Shown one piece after another: positions 1-10,575 of a stretch of 64,000 bases of DNA. Source of the stretch: Asterias rubens. Taxonomy: Eukaryota. Numbering within the stretch: the first letter of the stretch is position 1; every line of letters starts with the position of its first letter. The stretch is from NCBI RefSeq assembly GCF_902459465.1, contig NC_047065.1, positions 16,864,001-16,928,000 of the forward strand, given 5' to 3'. The notes under the pieces were generated by a model. It saw only the letters and a program-made list of their open reading frames with translations. It did no database searches and was not told the DNA's origin. The translations under genes were made by a program, and so were the position numbers.

Positions 1-324
1 AACTCAATCGATCATCCGAGTCATGAGAAGAATAGTGAACATAACCTTTCTGTTTTTACAGTGATTTTGTGCAGGTTATAGGTGGCTTTTTAAATTATTT
101 CAATAGTGTACAATCAAAATCAAGATCTTCAGATAAGATTTTCTAGAAGGTGACAGCAATTCAGATGTAAATATTTCACAAGAGGATTATATTGGTAGTT
201 ATATCATCTTCATAACTAATCACTGTCACTGTCAGATCACAGTGAAAACTGAATATTTTTGTTGGGTCATTACCACTGATGTATCATACCTTTAATAGTA
301 AACATTTATTTTACACCCATACAG

Positions 325-3300
325 GATATCAGGGATTCTATCTGCAAAACTCCAAAGGGACGAGCAACTATTCTTCGAATGGAAGAAAACAGGATGGCTT
401 CTAAAGAAGATAGGAAAGTCATTGTTCCAGTCCTCGTCAGTTCTTTGATGAAACACTTTGGTCCAAAGTGAGTACATAATATTGTTTTGGGGCCAAAAAC
501 AAAATTTGTTGTCCTCATATGAAAAATATCGCAAAGGTCAATCATTCAGTTGGTCAATATTTTTGTCTTTTAATGGCAAATAAACAAATGAAAGAAATCA
601 GTGGTCAAAAGATATTCATTTGAACAAACCTTGATAATTAATTGACAGACCATTGACCTTTACCATTTCCTTGTCTAATAAAGCTTCACAAATCTATCTT
701 GAAAATATTTTCACCATATTTTGAAATATTCTCACCATATTTTGTATAATATTTACCATGGATAGCGCTAACATGTTTCTTCTGGTTTTCAGTCCATCTG
801 CTCACATCAAAAATGAAATGGCTCACCTATTTGTGGAGGAATTCCCTTTCTTAAAAGATCCAAGTGGAGTTACTGGTCATGTGAGTTTGTCTTTCTTCTT
901 CTTCATTTATTGCTTTTGTCTCATATAACATATTTGATTTCAGTTAAACTACAGGCAAGGGCTTGTGATAAAACAATCTGACTTTTTAACCTGCATGATT
1001 TGTATGATTATTATCTTCAAGCAAACTTGAATCCTCGATCCTGGTTGGTCTATCCATAGCAACAACAGTGTGATATCCCATATCGCATGGCTGTATTGCA
1101 CCCCGTGCATCGAATGTTGTGCACTTACTCAGTTGCGTGCATTTTCCTGCTGCACGTACACTATCATACATTCAATGCGGATCTTGAGTGTATGTCAAGT
1201 TTACTAGTTTGCTTGAAGATGGGATAACACTTGTTATCCGCTCGTGGAACACGGAACAATAAAGTGCGTCATGCATCCCATATGCCGCAAGGCCAAAGAT
1301 GGGTCACAGACACACTACGTCATTCCGTTTTCCACTTGTACTCGTGGTATAACTAATAATGTTCATGAGCAGTTTGCAGTAATTTGTTACGTTATTTCTG
1401 AGAAGCAGCAAATGCACACTACTGTAAAAAATGTTTCCTTTGCTGTTTCCTTGATTTAATCCTGCACCTGAGATCTCTGGGGAAAAGTTGGTTGTGTATA
1501 ACAATGTAAATTTTTAGTTTTATTTCATTTAAACAGGAGGCCTGGTACATCAAAGGAGAGAAACACAGACCTGCCAGTGGGTACTTTGAACTCCGTTTGC
1601 GATATGTCCGTTGGCAAATGAATAAGAGTGCATCACCACAAAACAATTGCAAGAAAAGGATTGAACCAGCTCCAGTGAAGAAGCAGCATCGGACTAGTGA
1701 GCAACACCACCCTGTCAAAATGATTTTAGGTAATTAAGTTCAAACTTTTGAAGCTAAGACTCAGCATCGCAATGGTCATAAGCAAAGATTACACAGCACC
1801 GTGCACAGTGGGTAGTAGGCAAGCCTTCAAAGCTGCTGTGGATAACAAAATCTGTGAGAAAGATGGGAAGCCACCAGTGCTGGGTCAGCAAAATTACTAC
1901 ATATTTTTTATAATCAACCTATTCAGTTACACTGTGTTTATTTTGAAATGGTTCTTTTTAGAGGAAGATGAGCAAGAGGCTATAAATTGGCTTCATCATA
2001 ATGATGCACCACAATCCATGGTCTTGGAGAAGATGAAGAAGACAGCACACGCAAGGTATAAGTGGTTAAGACAGCTGCCTAGACCAAGCACAGCTGAAAT
2101 CTTTGAGAAATATCCCAGACTGCTGGACTCTGGTGTGGTAAGTTGAAATTGTTCAAGTTTCTTTAAAAAAAAACATCACTGAAGCCACAAACTAACACTC
2201 AGTTGCATGTGAGTGCCAAGCATGTGCACGTATTTTGCAGAACCGCGTTTTTTTTTTTTTTTTTTCATAAACTAACACCGGCACTGCTTGCGCGCAGTCT
2301 GTACATTTTTATTGTTGCAAAATAGGTTTGTAACACTGATCTTAAATTCACAAATACAAAGGTTTCTATTTAATTATTTGTGTAAGCCAAAGTAAGCTGG
2401 CTTTCCATAAATGCGTTTTGGGTTCGTTTTGTGTCCGTTGCATTTAGGCCTGTGGTATAACTATAGGAAAAACATCCAAGTCTGACATCCACACAAACGA
2501 CCCTGAATCCATGATTACTTATAGTATGTTCCAACCATATCTTGCTCAAAAGTAATGGCTATCATGTTTTCAACACTTACTTATTCTGTTTTCGTTTTAC
2601 AAAAAACTCTGGCCTACTCAGTTTATAGTCCCCAACATAGTGTGGGCCGTCTGACAAATGGTATATATTGATTACCCCCACACTAAAGTACCACAGGTGC
2701 AGTAATGTGGGCGTGCGGAGGATTAGCACTCCTCCTGAGTGCCTCTAGTTTCTTTCTGACTGGCTGTTGGTGTGTACTTTATACAAATCATTGGGGTCAA
2801 TCATATGCTTGTCAAGATAACCTCATTTATTTTAAGCCATTGACTTTATTTGAACTTTAATAACTAATGTTATACATGTAACTTATACATGTAACTTAAT
2901 ATCTATTTAAAATAAATTCAATAATGTTGCTTATACATAACTTTTTTAGGTAGAACAAGATTTCAGCGAAACTGTAAACAAATCAGCCGATAGTCTTTTC
3001 TGCAAGTGGCCTGGATTAGCACCACAGCTTGTCATGTATGTGAAGAATGTCCATCCTCAGTACAAAACCAGCTTAGACATCATAGACATGGGTGGAAGTG
3101 GAGGGGGTGCAAGAGAGCAGCAGGATCAAGATGATGCAGAAGCAACAGAAGAGCATGGAGATGTAAAGCTTTCGCAAAGTAAATATCGATACTGTAATTT
3201 CATTATTAGATGCAGGTGGCCAGCTTTTAGGAAAGAAGTGAAGGAAAGTGAAACAAAAAGTAGTAACAACATCTGTCTGAATTATGTTTGAGACAAGCTC

Positions 3301-4440
3301 ACTTTTGACCTTTAAAGTCGTCTTCTTTTGTGACTTGCACCCTGAAACAGCAAAATTCCTAATACCATCAAATGGTATTCTGCAAATAGAAAAATAATTG
3401 CATCTGATCTACATAAGGCTCACGTCTTCCTCCTCTTTTTAAAATTTCCTTTGCAAATAATTCTAATGTGGAATTTGTTTTCAGTGGAAACTGAAGCACT
3501 TGCTTTCGCTGTTTTACCATTGGTACTCTGTGGACGGGCCAGGGGTAAGAAAGGGAAATGTTCTGTCTTCGAGAGTGTCAAATCATTCATTGATGTCAAG
3601 CCTGTAAGTATGTTTCATTATATCTGAAAATTCCAAAATAGACCTTTTTCTGATACCTCATCTTGAAAATCAAATACATCATACACCTGTAGATCCACAC
3701 TTTCGTCATAAACATCTTCAGTATGAACATGTCATGTGAAGACTTAAGGCCGTTTTCACACGAGAGCTCTAAACGATGGTTGTTTGGTATGAAGTCGCAA
3801 CGATTATGGCATGCCAAATGCCCCCAAATTTGATAAACAGTGTTTAGAGAGGTTGAAGCAATGAATTGACGTTTCGTATTTGATAGAAAACTGAATATGA
3901 ACATACATTGCACCTCAATGTACATGCATGTATTTTAAAATAAAAAATCATTGAAGGTAAATTATGCTGTACAATCTATGTAAATGTGGCTCATGTGCTG
4001 TGTACTATCAGCATTCAATGTTATTCACTCACTGTAAATATTGTAAATAATGACTTAGAACGGCCAGAATATAATTAAACTAAATGGTTCAATATGTTTT
4101 TCACATATTTTTACAGGAAGGGACTGACATGGCATTTTACCTTAAGTCAGTTGATAGAGAGACACATCCCCAACCCTTCCTGCTAGTTATTGGATCGCGC
4201 ATAAATCCACTGCAAATCTTCGTCATCGTTGAAAGACAAGCTCTCCAGTTCAACACCATGACTAAAGCAGTTGACTATTGTTTTAAGCTCATTTATGTGT
4301 TGGACATAGAGTACCAGCCTGCTTGTGGTACAACTTGGGAGTTCCTCCAGACAAACGTCTATGGCATTGCAGGGAAATGTGGAGTTTCAACATCAGTTAG
4401 GGAGTTAAGGACATTCTTGTCGTGTCAGACAGGTAATTAA
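325..4440 (+). CDS. Spliced accessory (non-transposase) gene of a CACTA/EnSpm-like element, SAMD3-like uncharacterised family; 5' end not seen
   Basis: Frame-consistent GT-AG exons at 325-467, 793-880, 1537-1729, 1962-2137, 2950-~3090/3178 (donor ambiguous), 3485-3603 and 4117-4440. Peptides include EMAHLFVEEFPFLKDP, GYFELRLRYVR, IFEKYPRLLD and PQPFLLVIG..QIFVIVE..AVDYCFKLIYVLDIEY..TWEFLQ. These resemble, from memory, transposon-associated SAMD3-like proteins. Confidence 0.65.
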
Positions 4441-5689
4441 TAAGGGAAGAAAAGTGTGCTGAAGAAATTTTAAACTGAGTTGTTTAAACACAGTCAGGTC
4501 TTGTTCGTGTTAATTGTTTGATTGTTTAATACTAATAACAATAATGGTAAACCCTTATAATGCCCCGTATCCGCCATGACAGTCGCTCTCGGAGCAGTTT
4601 ACAATAATTATCCCCTGCTCACTGGGTCATCATATCTTAAACCTTCTCAGCTCCCTGTGGAGTATACAGCCCCGGCCACAGGAATTGTAGTAATGTAAGA
4701 AAATTACATTGCTTAATTGACATGGTGGATAAGGTGGCAGAGGTTGCAATAATGTAACAAAACAAACCTGGATTTATTGAAATGAAGATTCGATTGATTC
4801 CATGTCTTGATGAATTTGTGCATTAAAACCACAGACCTCTCTCTGATGAACTCTAAAAATTACCAATTCCTATGATGTGAAAATACATATGTGTTTATTG
4901 TTGTCTAGCAAAAAACTGTTATTTTAACTAGATTTTTTAATGGACCTGAAGGTTTAATGTTCATGGGGGATAAACATCTAATTATTATCCTTAATGATCA
5001 AGGGGGTTTCTATCGAGATAAACACTTTGCGGCTGGAATAATAAACAACACTGGCGTTTTCGACTTCAAATCTATTTCAGGATAAGATATGTACTTTGAA
5101 TGCTAGATAATGTTGATGTAAATATTTCCATGAATTTGAGTGTTATTGGTTTTATAAAGCTTGCATAGATCTTGTGGAATCACCATTTTACCTTATGCAG
5201 TGTGTTAATTATAGTGCAGGTGTTTGATGACTTGAAGACAAACATTTTGTGATAAATTTCAATCTTGAAAGTTGTTGATTATACAGTTCAATGAATTTCA
5301 TTGTCTTTGTTTGTTTAGCATTTCCATCAATTTCAATATGAAAGAATGCCTGTTTATACACCATTATACATGCAGTGTGATAAGAATGCTGTCTGACGCC
5401 TTGAGTACAAAGTGGTGATGAATTTCAGTGGTGCTGATTTTGTGAAATGTGTTGAAGAAAATTACACTCTCACACATGTGAAGTGACGTACATGAAAACT
5501 GTGCTTTAATTCGTGGCGAAGAAAAGGCTTCTATATTTGGGAATAAATAAATATTTCAATGATGATTCAGTTTAAATTTCTGTGTCACTGACTTCTGTGT
5601 TACATATTTGAGACTTTTCCCTTTTAGATAACGTTTTGTACCACGTTTTTGTGCTTTTTAAAGCACAAAAACTTTGAACCCAGGTTATT

Positions 5690-6320
5690 TGAACAACCCC
5701 AGTTAATTAAACAACCATCTTGAACAACCCCAGTTAATTAAACAACCCCAGTTAATTAAACAACCATCTTGAACAACCCCAGTTATTTTAAACAACCATC
5801 TTGAACAACCCCAGTTATTTTAAACAACCATCTTGAACAACCCCAGTTATTTTAAACAACCATCTTGAACAACCCCAGTTATTTTAAACAACCATCTCGA
5901 ACAACCCCAGTTATTTTAAACAACCATACTGAACCACCCCAGTTATTTTAAACAAGCATACTGAACAACCCCAGTTATTTTAAACAACCATACTGAACAA
6001 CCCCAGTTTTTTTAAACAACCATACTGAACAACCCCAGTTATTTTAAACAACCATCTTGAACAACCATCATGTTTTCAACATATCTTTTTGAACAACCAA
6101 GGTTGTTTAAAACTTGATGTTTAACAATTTGAGCAACCAAATGCATAAACTTTGAACAACATCGGTTGTTTAAAAGTGGTTGTTTAAAAAGATGTTTAAC
6201 ATTTTGAACAAGCAAATGTTTAAACTTTAAACAACCTTGGTTGTTTAACATTTTAAACAAGGTTGTTCATGTGCCCTGGTTAAACAGCGGTTGTTTAATA
6301 TTTTAAACAGGTTGTTTAAA
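5690..6320. repeat. 32-bp tandem repeat (AACAACCATCTTGAACAACCCCAGTTATTTTA) grading into inverted AAACAACC/GGTTGTTT motifs
   Basis: The period is visible directly (unit starts at 5791 and 5823). Likely transposon subterminal repeats. Confidence 0.9.
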
Positions 6321-6335
6321 ATATTTCTAACTGTG

Positions 6336-6368
6336 TATTGTGACTGCCTGTCTGTCTGTCTGTCTGTG

Positions 6369-6405
<37 letters not shown>

Positions 6406-6760
6406 CGATGTATCGTGAATGCATGTCTCGATATATCGTGAATGCATGTCTCGATGTATTGTGACTGCACGTCTCGATGTATCGTGACTGCTTGTATTGA
6501 TGTATCGTTAATGCATGTCTCGATGTATCGTGACTGCATGTCTCGATGTATCGTGACTGTGTCTCGATGATACGTGACTGCATGTCTCGATGTATCGTGA
6601 ATGCATGTCTCGATGTATCGTGACTGCTTGTATTGATGTATCGTAAATGCATGACTCGATGTATCGTGACTGCATGTCTCGATGTATCGTGACTGTGTCT
6701 CGATGACACGTGACTGCATGTCTCGATGTATCGTGACTGCTTGTATTGATGTATCATGAC
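6336..6760. repeat. (CTGT)n microsatellite followed by a 23-bp minisatellite (CATGTCTCGATGTATCGTGACTG) with 21-bp variants
   Basis: Direct tandem periodicity; the ORF track shows the rotating 23-aa translation typical of a 23-nt unit. Confidence 0.95.
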
Positions 6761-7905
6761 AAACACATTGTACGTTATTTTTAGTAGTCAGAGTAACTCT
6801 TCTATTTCCAATATTTGTTGTACTCAATGCAAACTCACTCAGACACTTGTGTGCACTTTAACAATAAATTGTAAATATTATCAACACATAAATATGCTTT
6901 AAGAATTTTTGACATAAGAAGATCAGAAAAAACACAATAATAAAGTTTTGAATTTGGTGAATTTACAAATTGGTAGATGCATAATCATACAACTTGTCAA
7001 AGAATAATAATGTATTTAATCATTAACAAGCTAAAACTATATAGATGTGTTTATGTTGTGTGGTTGGATCTGAGCGATTATTTTCATATATATTGATTAT
7101 ATACTTGATGGCTGTTAATACGGAAGTTAAATCTGTGGACCTTAGACATAACGTATTTGGCATCAGCATGCAATTTGCAACGCGCACATGTGAAATGTCC
7201 ATCCAATCTCATCACATTACCTTCAAACTGAAGTTGAAGCAAAATCGGTGAGCGAAACTCAACCGTTAACGACTCCCCTTAGTAGTATTTTTAATAACAT
7301 TTAGTTTCACTTCGTCACAAAACGTGAAGATTATCTCACCTAAAATTTAAAATTTAAACCAGGAAATGGTATACCGTCAGCTTGTTTTTACATCATATTT
7401 ATTTGCAAATGATTACGTCGTGTCCACATATCAAGAGTTCAGTAAAATTATTAACATCACTGGTTATTATTTTAGCTGACTTATTCATTATCTGGGTATA
7501 AATAAGCTGCATGATGACTCCAATGGAGGTCCGTCGTTGGCGCTTTTATTCACTGTTATTAACAGGAAGGCCGTTTCTTTTGTAGCAATTATTATTTAAT
7601 AATAATAGTCGTAACAATAGAAACGTGACTACCGCGTTCGTAAGACGAATTAGCATTAACTTAGCAACCATTTCTCTATAACACTAAGTGCAAAAAAAAA
7701 AAAAAAATCAAGCGAAACTGATTGCAATTAGGAGGCCCTGCTTCCGTCAGTGTGGGCGCCATTGTTATCGTGGAAGTGAAGCAAAGGAGTTGATAACGGA
7801 AGCCATTTTGGACTCTCTGTACATGTATTGTTTTAACTGATACTTCACAGACCCCACTCCTTTGCTTTTAGACATCGAACAAGCTTATGTGTACTTCATC
7901 AAAAA

Positions 7906-8457
7906 ATGAATATCTTTAAAGTTTCAAGTCTGCTTCTGGTTCTCGGTTGTGGTAGTATTCTGGCAGATATCTGCCAGCAAAAGAACTGCCAGCGTGGAAA
8001 CTGCCCTCCCGATTGGCGCAAAGACGGAGAGTCATGTTACTTCATAACGGAGAAGATGACTTGGAACAACGCAAAGAGTCTTTGTTCCGAGTATGGAGCC
8101 ACGCTTGGTATCCCAAACTCACAATCCGAACATGAGTTTATTTGGGAATTCTTTCTGCAAAATATTCAGGATACCCCAACTCCGGATCTCTGGATTGGAT
8201 TTATCAACACGAAGGGAAATTGGGATGATGCACGTCGTAGTGATGCGAGCGGGTCCTATGAGAACTGGGCGGCAGGACAACCGGATGGCTTTGCTTACTA
8301 CGTTTGCACTGCAATGTGGGCTGAACATGACGGCAAGTGGGATGATCAATATTGCCTTCACGACCTAAACGCAGTCTGTGAGCTCCCCGTACCTGTCACC
8401 AACACCCCGTTATTCTGCCTGTACACCGGTGATGATGGTCGCCTCAATTCTCAGTAA
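7906..8457 (+). CDS. Secreted C-type lectin, single CTLD, QPD motif (galactose-type), single coding exon, 183 aa
   Basis: Signal peptide MNIFKVSSLLLVLGCGSILA; CPPDW..SCY, WNNAKSLC, LWIG, NWAAGQPD, C.AMW, GKWDD..C, AVCE. A 3' acceptor (ttttag) lies about 35 nt upstream of the ATG. Confidence 0.92.
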   Translation: MNIFKVSSLLLVLGCGSILADICQQKNCQRGNCPPDWRKDGESCYFITEKMTWNNAKSLCSEYGATLGIPNSQSEHEFIWEFFLQNIQDTPTPDLWIGFINTKGNWDDARRSDASGSYENWAAGQPDGFAYYVCTAMWAEHDGKWDDQYCLHDLNAVCELPVPVTNTPLFCLYTGDDGRLNSQ

Positions 8458-8699
8458 GTTAAGTGTCTCGAGTCATGCAGGAAGGCTGCTCAAAATCACA
8501 CCCTGACATTGATCATCCATGTCTGCTGGAGGGAATGTGGTGTGCCAGCTCAAACACAACCCGTTATGATGCGGCTACTAAAGGAGACATCAAGGAAGAG
8601 GAGAAATGCCACTTTTTGTCCCACATTTCATTGAACAGAAAAACAGAATGACGCGTCCCTTGACTCCAAGTGACTCTCTGTTGTGTGGATGTTCGAGGA

Positions 8700-9250
8700 T
8701 TGTGAATGCATGTCTCGATGTATTGTGACTACTTGTCTCGATGTATCGTGAAGGCATGTCNNNNNNNNNNNNNNNNNNNNNNNNNNNNNNNNNNNNNNNN
8801 NNNNNNNNNNNNNNNNNNNNNNNNNNNNNNNNNNNNNNNNNNNNNNNNNNNNNNNNNNNNNNNNNNNNNNNNNNNNNNNNNNNNNNNNNNNNNNNNNNNN
8901 NNNNNNNNNNNGCATGTCTCGATATATCGTGAATGCATGTCTCGATGTATTGTGATTGCACGTCTCGATGTATCGTGACTGCTTGTATTGATGTATCGTG
9001 AATGCATGTCTCGATGTATCTTGACTGCATGTCTCGATGTATCGTGACTGTGTCTCGATGATACGTGACTGCATGTCTCGATGTATCGTGAATGCATGTC
9101 TCGATGTATCGTGACTGCATGTCTCGATGTATCGTGACTGTGTCTCGATGATACGTGACTGCATGTCTCGATGTATCGTGACTGCATGTCTCGATGTATC
9201 GTGACTGCATGTCTCGATGTATCGTGACTGCTTGCATTGATGTATCATGA
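8700..9250. repeat. 23-bp minisatellite (same family as 6336-6760) containing an assembly gap at 8761-8911
   Basis: Tandem units flank a 151-N run. Confidence 0.95.
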
Positions 9251-10415
9251 CAAACACATGGTACGTTATTTTTAGTAGTCAGAGTAACTCTTCTATTTCC
9301 AATATTTGTTGTACTCACTGCAAACTCACTCAGACACTTGCGTGCACTTTAACAATAAATTGTAAATATTATCAACACATAAATATGCTTTAAGAATTTT
9401 TGACATAAGAAGATCAGAAAAAAACACAATAATAAAGTTTTGAATTGGGTGAATTATATTACAAATTGGTAGATGCATAATCATACAACTTGTCAAAGAA
9501 TAATAATGTATTTAATCATTAACAAACTAAAACTATATAGATGTGTTTATGTTATTGTGTGATTGGATCTGAGCGATTATTTTCATATATATTGATTATA
9601 ATTATACTTGATGGCTGTTAATACGGAAGTTAAATCTGTGGACCTTAGACATAACGTATTTGGCATCAGCATGCAATTTACAATGCGCACATGTGAAAGG
9701 TCCATCTAATCTCATCACATTACCTTCAAACTGAAGTTGAAGCAAAATCGGTGAGCGAAACCCAACCGTTAACGACTCCCCTTAGTAGTATTTTTAATAA
9801 CATTTAATTTCACTTCGTCACAAAACGTGAAGATTATCTCACCTAAAATTTAAAATTTAAACCATGAAATGGTAGGTCAGCTTGTTTTTACATCATATTT
9901 GCAAATGATTACGTCGTGTCCACATATCAAGAGCTCAGTAAAATTATTAATATCACTGGTTATTATTTTAGCTGACTTATTCATTATCTGGGTATAAATA
10001 AGCTGTATGATGACTCCAATGGAGGTCCGTCGTTGGCGCTTTTATTCACTGTTATTAACAGGAAGGCCGTTTCTTTTGTAGCAATTATTATTTAATAATA
10101 ATAGTCGTAACAATAGAAACGTGACTACCGCGTTCGTAAGACGAATTAGCATTAACTTAGCAACCATTAGCTATAATAACAAATTTCTTTATAACACTAA
10201 GTGCAAAAAAAAAAAACAACAACTCAAGCGAAACTGATTGCAATTAGGAGGCCCTGCTTCCGTCAGTGTGGGCGCCATTGTTATCGTGGAAGTGAAGCAA
10301 AGGAGTTGATAACGGAAGCCATTTTGGACTCTCTGTATTGTTTTAACTGATACTCCACAGACCCCACTCCTTTGCTTTTAGACATCGAACCAGCTTATGT
10401 GTACTTCATCAAAAA

Positions 10416-10575
10416 ATGAATATCTTTAAAGTTTCAAGTCTGCTTCTGGTTCTCGGTTGTGGTAGTATTCTGGCAGATATCTGCCAGCAAAAGAACTGCC
10501 AGCGTGGAAACTGCCCTCCCGATTGGCGCAAAGACGGAGAGTCATGTTACTTCATAACGGAGAAGATGACTTGGA
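10416..10575 (+). pseudogene. 3'-truncated C-type lectin copy; first ~53 codons identical to 7906
   Basis: Identical to the 7906 ORF up to ITEKMTW, then joins TGACTGCTTGTCTTGATGTATCATGAC (the distal end of the minisatellite). The CTLD core is missing. Confidence 0.85.

Larger units (their letters stand above)
1..6335 (+). mobile_element. Right arm of a CACTA/EnSpm (CMC)-like DNA transposon; left end lies outside the window
   Basis: Ends in ...TTTCTAACTGTG at 6335 (reverse complement CACAG, typical of animal EnSpm termini). Preceded by dense direct and inverted ACAACC/GGTTGT subterminal repeats and an internal spliced accessory gene. Confidence 0.6.

Noticed and set aside
986-1459. Short ORFs inside an intron of the transposon accessory gene
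   Set aside because: No recognisable motif, and not compatible with the exon chain.
5690-6070. 32-bp tandem repeat as a CRISPR array
   Set aside because: No unique spacers; units are directly adjacent.
6245-6827. Long ORFs through the 23-bp minisatellite (also 8590-9318 and 14455-14930)
   Set aside because: They arise from a stop-free repeat unit (SRYIETCS/HDTSRHAV/TIHRDMQ rotation); no independent coding evidence.
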